64,000 bases of DNA from Mytilus californianus (taxonomy: Eukaryota): contig NW_026262668.1 of the NCBI RefSeq assembly GCF_021869535.1, forward strand, positions 136,834,001 through 136,898,000. Direction: 5' to 3'. Position 1 is the stretch's first letter, and each line of letters opens with the position of its first letter. The translations under genes and the position numbers were made by a program. The notes beneath the pieces are model-generated. The model ran no database searches and had not been told where the DNA came from. It saw only the letters and a list, made by a program, of their open reading frames with translations. Of this stretch, positions 1 to 13,503 are shown piece after piece.

Positions 1-609
1 ATACATTTGGTACATAATTAAATAATAAGAACTGAAATTTTTAAATGTCAATTACCTGAAATAAAATCATAAGTAAAATATTGATAACAAAATTCATTGA
101 ATAAACCTGTAAAATATATGTTAATTTGTTGGATAGTTGTTTCATTGGCAAGCATACGACATCTCTTTATTTTAATGTATGGAAATGTACTGGTTATTAG
201 TATTAATTCTGATATAACCAAAGCTAGAAATTCACGACCTTTATCACTTTGCTGTTTATTGCATACCAAATATTGTGAAAACAACAATTAAATTAGAAGC
301 CACCTTTGAAAAGCACTTTGTTGACGTAAGAGCTCTAACAACATAAAATTTTGTTGTGTGATCTTGGTTCACCATAAGACAATATAGTTTCCATCTGTTT
401 TTGATTAAAAATCCATTAAAACAACCCGTCCTCTTTTGTATAACTCTTTAGATAAAATGGGTTTTAGTTCTATCCCTTCCCTTTGCGCTTTTATAATTTT
501 AACAAAACGGAAGAAAAAGTACAATGGAATCATGGAATGGTTTGCAAAGCCATTATTAGTTGTTTTCTTTATTATACGATCTACAATGATAATAGGCTAC
601 TATGACCTC

Positions 610-1219
610 TTTATGCCCCACCTAGGGGCATTATGTTTTCCAGTCTGTGTGTCCGTTCGTTCGTTCGTTTGTCCGTCCGTCTCTCCCTTTTCAGGTTTCA
701 GTTTTTGGTCATGGTAGTTTTTGATGAAGTTGAAGTCCAATCAACTTGAAACTTAGTACACATGTTCCCTATGATAGGATCTTTCTAATTTTAATGCCAA
801 ATTAGAGTTTTGTTCATTCGTTCATACGTTCATCCCTCTGTCCCGCTTCAGGTTAAAGTTTTTGGTCAAGGTAGTTTTTGATGAAGTTGAAGTCCAATCA
901 ACTTGAAACTTAGTACACATGTTCCCTATGATGTGATCTTTCTAATTTTAATGACAAATTAAGAGTTTTGACCCCAATTTTACGGTCCCCTGAACATAGA
1001 AAATGATAGTGCCCGCTTCAGGTTAAAGTTTTTGGTCAAGGTAGTTTTTGATGAAGTTGAAGTCCAATCAACTTGAAACTTAGTACACATGTTCCCGATG
1101 ATATGATCATTCTAATCTTAATGACAAATTAGAGTTTTGACCCTAATTTCACGGTCCACTGAACATAGGAAATGATAGTGCGAGTGGGGCATCCGTGTAC
1201 TATGGACACATTCTTGTTC
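610..1219 (+). mobile_element. Non-autonomous Helentron-like (HINE/DINE-1-type) element
   Basis: Subterminal inverted repeats ATGCCCCAC (613-621) / GTGGGGCAT (1184-1192), 5' palindrome ATGCCCC..GGGGCAT, (GTTC/GTCC)n microsatellite at ~650-682, three ~160-bp core repeats, short 3' hairpin GTGT..ACAC, T-rich flanks. This layout matches described HINE/DINE-1 elements. Confidence 0.7.
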
Positions 1220-3009
1220 TTTGTGTTTTACCAAAATACCTAGAAAACCTCTAGAAAAAACATAAACTTTAAAATTTTCCTCATCATTCTTGTTTACTTT
1301 AGTAACTACATATGGTAACCAGTCTTTCAAAACTCTAATGTTAAAAACAATTTTTAGTTGTAATAGTCTAAAGCTTTTACTTTTAATTTTTGCCAAATGA
1401 TCGTTGTACTTTTGCCTTGGGTATATGATCTTTGTTTTCCCAGATTCACATTTATATTCTGCAACGATTCAAGAAAGTTGTTCTTGCTTAAATGCTAATA
1501 ATCCAGATTAAGAATTGAAAAATACTAAATGGGTATTTAAGAAAATTTACACATTCAACAAAACCGATTGAAAAATAATGTGACTGGCAAAAATTTATAT
1601 TTACAGTTGTCTATTTGTGACCAGTTCAAACCGGGTCGATTAGTTTAGAGCGAATTTTCTTGAAATAACTTTCAGACAGAATCTTCAATTCCCCCCTTTT
1701 CTATTAGACACAATTACTTGTTTAAAACAACTATTTTTGCAATACCGCAAAGAAATACGAATAAGTTCTGCTTTGAATACGAACAATTAAAGATAATTTA
1801 AATGAATGTATATCAATTTTTGGAATATGATTTTTAAAATATTAAACATAAAGAATATTTCACCGAATGTACATGTATTTGGAATATACAACAAAATTCC
1901 CAAGTTTAACTTATTGCCTGAAATGATGTTCGGCAATAGGTTGAATAATCTTCATCAGATTTCAGGCAATAACTTAATGCCTAGGCGTTAGCCTATTGCC
2001 TAGGTTTTAAGCTTAATGCCTAATTTCACTTATTGCCGCTAACATATACATGATAAAACTACACATCCTACCAAATACGAACCACCGGAAAAGAATCCTT
2101 AAAACGTCCTGCGATATCCTGCATCCGGTATGGTACTGGTCATTTTATCTATTTGCTGTCTGATCCAATATGTCTCCAACCATTCGATTCACCATGTTAC
2201 AATCATAGTGGCTATTATAGATTTCAACTGCAATGATTCCCATGATGTGTACATAGCTTTCACTCAGTTATAACTATAACAGTAATTATGGTCTCACTAT
2301 ATCTTGACCCTTGAATAGCAATGTTAATATTTATTGCCAAATTTTACTGCTGGAAAATAAACCAGTTAATGTCACTTGAACTCAAAAATAAAATACAGAA
2401 ATGATAAGATAAGGCATATTAACTAATGACACTAAATCTCAACACACATTCAAGAAAACCAAAAGCAAAGAAACAGTGATTTATTGCTGTTCTTCATCTC
2501 AAAGTCACATTTCGGTCTTTGACAAGCAGGGAAGGCTCATACCTAACTGCAATTTAGACAGTCCCTAGCTGGAGCTTGAATGGAATTCTTTGATAGCTGT
2601 TGATCAAGTGACACTTTTGCATTTAAAAAGACATTTGTATTGTTGAATGTATAAGAATATTTCAACTCCGCCTGATTGATCAGGTAGTAAATTTATTCTT
2701 TTCCTAACCCCTTGAAAGTACCCCTTAATGGTTCTCCCTGCACACAAAATATGTCATGTAAAAATACACAGGTAGGAATGACCTGAGGTTTCTGTGAACT
2801 GTAACAGACATGTTTTAAAAGGTGCAAAAAAGAAGAATGGAGCAAAATATTCTTTTTCTAATTTCTAAACTCGTTAATATAATGAAGGCTAAAATCACTA
2901 GGCTATTTTCTGCCATCTTTTGATTTGGTAATAAATTTCACAAGGGCATAGAGAAAGGAAATCAATATTAGAGACACAGTTATAAACAAGTTTTATTTTT
3001 AAACAAACA

Positions 3010-6000
3010 TCAACTTTCAGGTTCTGCATTAATAAATACTTCTTCAACGCCCTCTACTTCCTTGACTTTATCTATAAGTTTGTACAGTTTTTCCATGTTA
3101 TCTGAATTCATTTGAACAGTTGATGTTGGTATTGGTATAAATACTGACTCAGCATAAACTACATTCAATCCTTTAGATTCTAAATATTTCCTCACTTGAT
3201 TCACCACTAAATAATTACACTGGAACTGAAGATAATATACAATGTTATTAATAAATTAAATTCCGTGTGGTGAACCAACGCCTGTGAAATCGTTTTGGTA
3301 GAGTCCCATGTTATTAATAGTATACATGTAAAGTCATTAAATTTGAGATCATAGTGTTTTTTAGGTTTTTTTTAGCTTGAATGAAATCTATAAGTTCTTG
3401 ATAGAGTTTGAATGTATGTAATAGTTGCTTTGTCTTTATTACACAGTACTGAAAGTTCTAACAGTCATTCACTGATGTTAAGTATAACAAGTTACACAAT
3501 GCTGTAAGTTCTAACAGTCATTCACTGATGTTAAAAAGTTAAACAGTGCTGTAAGTTCTAACAGTCATTCACTGATGTTAACAAGTTACACAGTGCTGTA
3601 AGTTCTAATAGTCATTCACTGATGTTGACACGTTACACAGTACTGAAAGTTTTAACAGTCATTCACTGATGTTAACAAGTTACACAGTACTGTAAGTTCT
3701 AACAGTCATTCACTGATGTTAACAAGCTACACAGTGCTGTAAGTTCTAACAGTCATTCACTGATGTTAACAAGCTACACAGTGCTGTAAGTTCTAACAGT
3801 CATTCACTAATGTTGACAAGCTTTACAGTGCTGTAAGTTCTAACAGTCATTCACTAATGTTAACAAGTTACACATTACTGTAAGTTCTAACAGTCATTCA
3901 CTAATGTTGACAAGCTTCACAGTGCTGTAAGTTCTAACAGTCATTCACTGATGTTAACAAGTTACACATTACTGTAAGTTCTAACAGTCATTCACTGATG
4001 TTGACAAGTTACACAGTGCTGTAAATTCTAACAGTCATTCACTGATGTTTACAAGTTACACAGTGCTGTAAATTCTAACAGTCATTCACTAATGTTAACA
4101 AGTTAAGGATGTAGTAATCTTTTGAGGTCAATCATAATGAATTAATATGTAGTATCAACAATATATGTCTGTATCTTTAAACCTACTTGCATACAAAACA
4201 TCTACTGAACACTTGTTATAATTAGAATTTACAGATAGAACAGAAGTCAAAACTAATACAAGAAAAATAACCAGTTTATAGACAAGTATGTCACTAACAA
4301 ACTTTGGACTTTAATTCATTTGTGAGTGAATTGATCCTGTTCACAATTCAATGAACTTAATGGAAATATGTGTTTAATGCTATAATAGAATACTATTTAT
4401 AATAAGATTTTTAGTATCCGTTTATATATTAAGAAATTGTTAAGAAACTAATGTTCCAACTCCCTCAGGCAAAGTTCACCTTAGATGGATTTGGCCTAAT
4501 AAAGTTCTATACTTTATTCTTAAGTCCCTTTCAGTAATAGCTCTTCAGTTGTTCAGGATCTTATACATCTGTTTGCTTTCAAATATTTGGCTTTGAGCAG
4601 TTCCTGATGAAGGGGGTCTCATTGGGGGGTTCTGATCCCAGATCCCGCTTACTGTTTTGTCAGATTCCCGTATCCCGCTTACACTATGTATGTAAGCAAT
4701 TCTCATTTTTTTTGTAATTTCCTGTGACCCGCTAGACTTCATTTCCCTTTTTCACGGCACAATAATTTGACTTTCACTTGTCACGCTTACAAAAAAACGG
4801 CAATCCCGGGTCATGCTTAGACCCCAATGAGACCCACGATGAAATAAATCCAGAAAATTACTTCAGACACATAAAATTTATAAAGTGTTATTATCATTTT
4901 GAATGTAGTTACACGAGTAAGGTGTTCCTACCTGTAGTACATCTATTCCTTCCTCTCTGGTTTCCATGGAGACATCATCAGCCTCAGCTTCAATAGCTAA
5001 CTCTATATGATCATCGTGGTTTCTACTGTCTTCTTCACCAAGCTCAACATCTACAAAACCTTTTCTCTCAAAACCACGTGTAGCTGTCCCTTGTTTATCT
5101 ATTGTTGCCCTAGAAACAAAAAAACAATTGTTGTATCAATTAATTATTGAATTAGAAAAGTATTTATTGTTTTCACTATTTGTAATTTTATGTTTTTTTG
5201 TAATTTTTTATTTTATCTGAAAGAACTTCAAGCATTGAGATACATAGATATACACATAATATAAGTATTAATATTAAATTTTTCTATAGCAGTCTTAAGC
5301 TAAAATGGTAAGTACCCTACATTTATGCAAATATGGTAATTATCTACTAGATCATACTCATCTTTTATCACTCAGAATAAATTGCATGAATACGTAGGAA
5401 AAGTTAATCATGGCATTGGCCTCCTCCTCTTACCACATGTATCTCTGTCCATAATATGAGGTCAAACATGAAAGGCACCAGGAGAGGCCACCAGAGATCA
5501 TTAACATTTAGGGGTCAGACAGGACATGTTGGACAGAATTACAAAGTAAATAACAACCATAGTCAAGGGGAGACAACTCAAATACAATAAAACAAAATTA
5601 AGTATATATATATAACAATATCAATATTCATCATAGACAGCAATTTTATGATGCACACAAACCACTGTCCAATTGTGATGTGCATCAACATCTTATTAAT
5701 TCTACATAAATTATTATAACGCCTTAAATGAGTACAAAAAGATAGATCTCCCCTCACACATAAACTAAGTTTTTAATCAATTTCCATTTGTAATTTTATG
5801 TTACTTTACTGAAATGAACTCATCAAAATCAGCTTGGACTAACCACTGCAAAAAATGATGAGACCCAGGACTTGCTGAAAAATATCCTAGTGAGATCCCT
5901 ATTGTCATACCATGTATATATATATATATAGATTGTACCATCTCCTTTAATAAAAGTTAAATAAATAGTGGAAATTTAATTTGTCGAGAGTAGAAATATT

Positions 6001-9000
6001 GTATCATAGGAGATACTATGGTGGAAGCTGTTTCTCTAGTGATATTTTGTATCATAGGAGATACCGTGGTGGAAGCTGTTTCTATAGTGATATTTTGTAT
6101 CATAGGAGATACCGTGGTGGAAGCTGTTTCTCTAGTGATATTTTGTATCATAGGAGATACCCTAGTGGAAGCTGTTTCTCTAGTGATATTTTGTATCATA
6201 GGAGATACCGTGGTGGAAGCTGTTTCTCTAGTGATATTTTGTATCATAGGAGATACCGTGGTGGAAGCTGTTTCTCTAGTGATATTTTGTATCATAGGAG
6301 AAACTGTGGTGGAAGCTGTTTCTCTAGTGATATTTTGACAATATTAACTCAAATGAATCTTTCTATTTATATGATCTGCAAAAGATGTTCTTTCTATGTG
6401 AAGTCATCAGACATGGTCACCTTCTACATGACATCACAATAATGAAATCAAAGGAAAGCAAGAAAATTTGAAATTTGAATATTTAGTTTCTCAGACAGTG
6501 GGCTCTATGTTTCCTAGACTTAAATGTGGTATAAATCTGACTGATGTCAACTTTCACCAAAATCTTGGTTTTTGGCCTATTTGGGGCGTAATTGTCAATG
6601 CTTTGTTAGAAAAGATCGGTAAAAATAGTTCTATTTCACTTTCTTATATGTCTATCCATCAACTTGAAACAATTGGATTAATATTTGGGGCTAAATAGGG
6701 CCCTTACTGATCTTAATCCTTTATGATAATGTACTGATAACATTGTGTGCATGGGTATTATTGATATCCTGAAAGAAGACATCTGATGCAGATACATAAT
6801 GGTTAATAAGTCAAACAAATAATAACGTTACTTACCCAAATTTTTTAAGTCTGGCTTGAATATCTGGTCTGGTTCTCTTTGGAAGATCAGTAAAAGCTTG
6901 TATAATAAACTTCAACCCACCAGCACCGGTACATTCTATTATCTCCTCCCGCGAACTTTCATTCTTTGATGCCTGAAGATAAAATCATCAACATTTGTCA
7001 TATTTGTATTTGGAATTTAATACACTTTGTTATTAATAAAATTGAGAATGGAAATGGGGAATATGTCAAAGAGACAACAAAACATAGTTTAATTTGTATC
7101 AGTGGTAAGTTTACCATAACTGTATTATTTTATTTTTATTTAAGGGGTCTATTCCTTGTTTGTGTTAGACTTTGCCTTTCTGAAGATTTACTTTCCAAAA
7201 GGCAAAGTTTAAAATGAGTTGGTACATTTATAAATTATTCTGTCCAAAAAGTTGCCATAGTAGCTCTGAGAATTTCCTGACAAAGGTCTATGGTTCTCTC
7301 TGGGTTCTCTAGCTCCCTCCAACAAAATATGGCTGTCAAAATATAGCCAAGTGTACTGTAAGGGGTGTCAAACACCTACAATCAATCAATTAACTTATCT
7401 AAAAATCAGTTGATCAGAGTGATTTCAAAACTTTTTTTTTATTTAAGGGCAAACACCTGAAAGGTGTGTGGTAGATTATTCAAATGGTGTTTTGTTTTTT
7501 ATGCAAGTCATTAACATATCTATGGTCTTATCATATTCCTTTATTTCAAAATTCATGAGTGGTAACATGGAGCCAAATTAGCCAGCTTAAAAATGGTCAA
7601 GTCCTACAACTCATGCAAAAATTGTCAAATCAAAATGACAAAAAAATACGGCCAAAAATTACATTTTGTGCAGATATTAAAAACATTGGCATTAATATAT
7701 TTACTGTGTTACGGATTATCCTCAGAATGGTGTCCATTGCAATGTTTTTCTGTTTACCAGAATCAATACATCTTCCCAATTCATTGTTCACTTTAGGATC
7801 TGTAGAGGCATTATCTGAAATATACCACGGTTCACACTTATAATATATGATGATGAATTTGCTTTTCGTGTCCATTGGCAAATATAATATTCACATCAGG
7901 AAAGGATAAAATTGAGGATGGAAATGGGGAATATGTCAAAGAGACAACAACCTGACCAAAGAGCAGATAACAACCGAAGGCCACCAATGGGTCTTCAACG
8001 CAGCGAGAAAATCCCGCACCCGGAGGTGGGCCTCAGCTGGCCCCTAAATAAAAATGTGTACTAGTTCAGTGAAAATGGACGTCATACTAAACTCCAAAAC
8101 ATATAAATGAACTAAAATTAAAAAAAATACAAAACTAACAAAAGCCAGAGGCTCCTGACTTGGGACAGACGCAAAAATGTGGCGGGGTTAAACATGTTTT
8201 GAGAGATCTCAACCCTCCCCTATACCTCTAGCCAATGTAGAATAAAGAAACACACAGCAATACGCACAATAAAACTCATTAAAAAGAAGTCAGAGTCCGA
8301 TGTCAGAATAGGTAATAAAAGAAACTAAGCAAAATGACAATGATACATAAATTAACAAAGGACAACTAGCAGTTACTGACATGCCAGCTCCAGACCTCAA
8401 TTAAACTGATTGAAAGATTATGTCTTTAAACATCCCTCCCGTTTGGGGTTTAGTATCATACCATCATAAAATATATGAGAAGAACATAACCCGTATCATG
8501 CCAACAACTGGTTTTAGAATAAATGTGTTTATTTCCGATGCAAAGACCCTACGAGTGAATCAATATTAATACCAAAATATGCAATCCTTAATGACCTGAC
8601 AACAGTATCGTAACTATATCCCTTCTGAATAAGTCTGTTTAAAGGTTTGGTTAGCTTTTGAGGTGAATACCGACATTTTTGTGCTTTGTAAAGAATATTA
8701 CCTTAAAAAATTGGATGTGAAATACCTGAACGTATAAGATGTCTGCATTGTGTTATAAGTACTAAACTGACAAGCTAACAGTCAGTAGGAAGACATGTCA
8801 CCCTACCCAGACACCAGCATTATTCTGACTCAGAACCAACCAGTCATTGTTCTTACTCCTAATTGCTGCCTGATTAGAAGACAAGCATCAAATTAATACC
8901 AATTTTCAGGTCTTTGGATTGAACCCATGACCTTTCAATGAATATGTTTAATTCCTAACTGAAGTTTCTCTGGAAACTTTGTTATAAACAGTACTATAAT

Positions 9001-10334
9001 ATCTGTTCCTGTTGGAACACATATTTTATTTATACTCTTTATTCTGTCAGGAACAAATACCGTAATATTTACAAGCAAAAAAAATCTTCTCCAAAAGCAA
9101 AATAGAACTCTAGACAATTCACTACAGAACATGTAGTAAGCTAGTTATTACATGTATTAAGTCAATCTTCATGATCTAAAGATAATGAGTTAAACAAAAA
9201 ATACTACAAAATTTACATATTTATAAATTAGAAAATTTAATAATCTGTTTTTAGAAATTTTATTTCTGGTTGTTTAGACATTTTAAATGGGTTTATGTTT
9301 TCAAGACATGTGGAAAAACATTAAATTGCTCCATAAGGGAAAAAATGCAAAATAAAATATATTTATGGGGCCCTAATAACAATGAATTATACTTGTAACA
9401 AGGAATTATTTGAATCTGGAATAATTTTAAATTCTGGAAAATTGATTAGAAAATAATGAAAACTAACCTAACTAATTAGGGTTAGACCTGAGCACATGTC
9501 TAAGGTTAATTTTACTTTCACTAATATATTTCATTATGAACTAACTAACCCCCCTTTGCCATGCATGCATGCATGGCTAACCGTATTTAGTTGGGTTAGT
9601 TTTCATCATACATTTCTAATCAATTTTTCAGAATTCAAAATTATTCCAATTTCAAATAATTCCTTGTTTTGTGTATACTTGGCTAACCCTACCTACCCTA
9701 TAGTATTTTTTTTTGTCATCTTTCAACAAGCACTATTAATGACAGACAGTTTCCACTGTTTAAAGGAGTCAAAAACTGTTAAAAAATAAACGCATTATTT
9801 GCCTACCTACCAATGCAAAATTTTTTTTACGCATGTTAACGGAAACACAAGTATAATTTTATAAGGCCTATGTTACTCTCTTCTCAATATTTGAGCCCTA
9901 CATGTACCTTCAAATATTTAGTACAAAACTGACATCACAATTTTAATAACCTTATATTAGAAATAAATACCTTTGAGAGCATTTTTTATCCTTAACGTTA
10001 ACATTTGTGTTTCCTTTCCTCTTAAGGCATCCTGTTCACCTTTGGTGTGTTTAATATTCTGCCAATGGCTATGTCCTTTCTGCCTGTTTTGTTGATAAAA
10101 AATATCACTAAAATTCAAAACTGAACCTGACTTGAACACTGTTGTATTATTACTTAATGAACAATTTAATCTAGAATCTGTCATGTAACAACAATTGTGT
10201 TTTTGCCTCATTATTGTTCCATCATGATGACATGTCAAGGACCAAATGCTGATATTGTTCTTTAACTGAATTTTGGCTAGTATATCTTGGATACCAATGG
10301 CTGATCTGAGTGTAAAAAGCTGTTTGCAATTCAT
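3010..10334 (-). CDS. TACO1: Translational activator of cytochrome c oxidase 1-like (YebC/PmpR family), 334 aa, 5 coding exons
   Basis: join(complement 10334..9971, 7814..7705, 6972..6836, 5109..4932, 3225..3010) = 1005 nt. All introns GT-AG, phases 1/0/2/0 consistent. YebC motifs appear in order: KGHSHWQNIKHTKGEQDALRGK, DPKVNNELGRCIDSGKQKNIAMDTI, GAGGLKFIIQAFTDLPKRTR, FERKG, ELAIEAEADDV, VFIPIP..VQM..LYKLIDKVKEVEGVEEVFINAE. ~85-aa N-terminal extension, presumably a mitochondrial presequence. Acceptor at 10352-10353 and an in-frame TGA upstream of the ATG imply a non-coding first exon further upstream. Confidence 0.93.
3439..4105. repeat. 47-bp minisatellite, ~14 copies (last TACO1 intron)
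   Basis: Unit AAGTTCTAACAGTCATTCACTGATGTTAACAAGTTACACAGTGCTGT read directly from the sequence. Confidence 0.95.
4612..4837. mobile_element. 226-bp MITE with 6-bp TSD
   Basis: TIR GGGGGTCTCATTGGGG / CCCCAATGAGACCCAC; GATGAA duplicated at 4606-4611 and 4838-4843. Confidence 0.75.
5990..6337. repeat. 48-bp minisatellite, ~7 copies (TACO1 intron)
   Basis: Unit GATATTTTGTATCATAGGAGATACCGTGGTGGAAGCTGTTTCTCTAGT; explains the 16-aa periodic ORFs in the track. Confidence 0.95.
7907..8750. mobile_element. ~840-bp interspersed repeat (TAAAATTGAGRATGGAAATGGGGAAT family)
   Basis: The same terminal motif recurs at ~7038-7082 and ~56601-56655. I recognise it from memory as an abundant mussel repeat; class not determined. 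Confidence 0.6.
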
Positions 10335-11992
10335 TTTAACAGTGTTTCAATCTGAAAAAAATATTTATATTGCATATTATCATTTTAATATAATGAAAAA
10401 GTACTCCATTATGTTATGTGAATAAGAATCTTTCAATTACACCTGAATAAAACAAATAGTCCAAATGTGACTTCAACTTATCCCAGGTTCTGATCATCCA
10501 GGGTAGCCAGTTATATCCCATTTCCATATTGAACCTCCAGGGCTCTTCAGTTACATCATCTTATATCCCATTTAAATATAGAACCTACAGGGGTCGTCAT
10601 AAGAACGAACATTAACCTGACCAGTAGGGTCAGTTAAAATTAATATCTTAGCTTATTGCCTAAAATTTACCTGCTCCTCTTAATTTGAAGCTACAAAATT
10701 TGATCATAAATTTACTGATACATACATGTAGGGCCAGTTTAAAACAACTTTTACTGGCCTGGGCCATTGGACCAGTGCTCAAGTCAGATCCTGGCCTTGT
10801 ACAGTCAACCTGTTATGTTAACCTTGAAACTTTATTCACTGGGATATTTTTGTTTTCCAATGCTCATAAATTTGTAATTGATTTGGCTTCTGTTTTGATT
10901 ATAGAGTGCAATAATGAGTGTAGACAAAACAGTGTCTGGGATATTAAATTATAATTCTGATATCATGGATGAGTTTTTAAAACCACTACCTTGATGTTAA
11001 TGATTGAGTATTTTCTGTGTACGTTTTCTTGTATTTGAAACTTCATCACATCAGGTCTAATTATGTTAAATCCATCCAAGGGACCTTGAAATCCACCCAG
11101 CTTAAAAAGGGTGTTGGGTAACTCAAATTTTAAAATTTGGAATGAAAAGATTATTGACATTTTACAGTTTTAAAAAATTGTTAGTAAGTTGAAAGACATG
11201 TGTTTAATCCTTCTTTATAGATATCTTGGGTCCTCAATTTTCCATATCGTCTGCTACCATTTCTACTGATGATAGATGTTTGTGTTACATGTTTGACAGT
11301 CGAAATCATTGAAGAGAAATTCAATGAATGTTGATTGGAATGTTGACATGTACTGAAATCCCTAATATATACTGCCTAAATACCCTAGAAATGATAAAGA
11401 CTCTATAATTTAAGAAAATATGTCATTTATATTCAGAACAATACTCATAGGAAATCAGACAAATTATTTTTGCAGCCTGCATGCAATTTTCTTATGTAGC
11501 TATAAAGAAGGTAGATAACTCTAGTTTTTTTATGTAATGTTTTGTAGATTGTTGGTTGTCTTTTCGTTTTTGCAATGGTATTATCCATTTTCCTTTAATT
11601 AAGGATTTCTTATACATGTAGTACCCATGGCAAGGGTCAGGCAATGGTAATTTTTGTCGGACATGACCTAAACTGAAACGTGTTTGACCGAAATGGCAGA
11701 TTGGGATTTACCTAGATCATGAAATATTTCTTTTACAGAAATAATTTTGGTCATTTCAAAATTCAATGAGATTGGGGATTTTTAATGGCCATTTTGCACT
11801 AATTGGTATCTTTTGCCTCTCTTTTGATAGTGCAAACATGATTTTTTTTAAATGGTACAAAGTAATAGAAAATGGAATTATTTTCCTGAAAGAACCATAT
11901 TTTCATTTTGGGTTTTAAATAACATGAATAAGCTGGTCGACTTGAAAATTTTCAAATTATATTTTCACAGGCTTGTAGCTTTTTCTGGAAAA

Positions 11993-12170
11993 CAGATGTG
12001 GTATGAGTGCCAATGAGACAACTCTCCATCCAAGTCACAATTTGTAAAAGTAAATCATCATAGGTCAAAGTACGGCCTTCAACACGGAGCCTCAGCCCTG
12101 ACTTAGGATAGGTGCAAACAAATGCAGTGGGTTTAAATGTTTTAATAGGCGCCAACCTTCACCCTACCTG
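11993..12170 (+). repeat. Abundant interspersed repeat (GATGTGGTATGAGTGCCAATGAGACAACT family), partial copy
   Basis: Homologous copies at ~16722, 17205, 22970-23365, 24120-24315 (-), 29200-29340 (-), 29515-29885, 32450-32815 (-) and 39100-39260. Confidence 0.75.
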
Positions 12171-12399
12171 AATTGAACATACAACATGTACAATGAACGA
12201 ATAAATTTGATACATCTTTAAAGAAACCTACTGCATTTTTCATAAATATGTGCCATTTCAAGTAAAAATGTGGATTAAAAAATTGAGAAAGGTATCCCTC
12301 ATTGAGAAATAGTTATTCATTTGGGGAACTATTCCCCATTTGTCAATAGACAATACACCTTATCACTAATTGTCTGCCATTACTCTACATCACAGAGGT

Positions 12400-12540
12400 A
12401 GGTTCCTGTAAAATTTTGACTTCACAAGAGAAAATGTCTGAAGCCACAAAGGAAAAATTATTGTTGTATGACGTCAAAAGTTAAAATGTCGCAAATTCTC
12501 GGGTCAAGTGTCGCAGATTTTCAAATAGCGATAAGAAAGG
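12400..12540 (-). promoter_or_regulatory. Candidate TACO1 promoter / non-coding first exon region
   Basis: Local CpG cluster, perfect CRE palindrome TGACGTCA at 12469-12476, possible minus-strand donor AAG|GTGTAT near 12358. Inference only. Confidence 0.3.
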
Positions 12541-13503
12541 AATTTTATATTTTTATAGTGACTGATTTTTAACCACCGTATGACATGTATGATAGGCACA
12601 GAAACATTTTAATTATAAAACAAAGGATTTTTAATATAAGTGTGTGTGGGTAGGATTTCACTGTAAATATAGAGCACTGCAACATATTGGTGGAGGCATC
12701 ACTGTGCATAGAAATTGCGGATCACAAGTTCTACATACTAGCGTATGGTTCCTCTACAAAGGGGGTTAAAGATACAGAGGTAAGGTAAGATAAGGCCCAT
12801 TGTCCAGCCTGATTAACTGCTACAAGCCTACATCATACATGTCTTTTTTTTATATTTCTAGAGGGTTCATTCAATGGAAATTTGGGTGCATTCCAACGGA
12901 ACATAGGTGTTTTAAGATCATTTCGGCGATTCGAGATGTATACTAAACACAATGTAAATACTCTCAATAATAAATAATGGGAACTGTACGTATGGGAGGT
13001 TTGACATCCCTAGCAGGAGATTGATCTTGAGAATTTGTGACACCCATTAAACATGTTCATTTCAGTAATCGGACCAGTTTGAAAAATACCATAGATGTAA
13101 CTTTAAGTAGCCTAGATCTAGGATCTCACATGTGCCGGTGGGTTCACCTTCAGGATTTTTATTTTTGGTTGAAGTTAAAATATAAACTTCTGAGTCAATC
13201 TCGGACATATAACGGTATTATTCCGAAAAGCTGGGGGGAACAGTACACATTATCGCTATTTGTGTTGAGATATTCTCGAAAAATTAAGTTATCTCTTTCG
13301 GCCTGTTAGTTAATGGAAATTTTAATTCAGTCCACCCAAATAACCAGGCATACTGAATTATCAAAAAAGACAACTCGGATCGTCAATAAGTCAACTCGGA
13401 CGGAGACATGTCAACTCGTACTCAACCAACTCGAACCCTATTTTTACCAACTCGTACCCAATATTTTTTTTATCATGGTAGTGTTCCATTTATAAGGTTA
13501 TAT

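Noticed and set aside
5957-6442. Three overlapping periodic ORFs
   Set aside because: Translations of the 48-bp minisatellite inside a TACO1 intron.
8935-9132. 65-aa minus-strand ORF with a presequence-like start inside TACO1 intron 1
   Set aside because: The TACO1 exons join in phase without it, and it has no YebC motifs or convincing splice sites.
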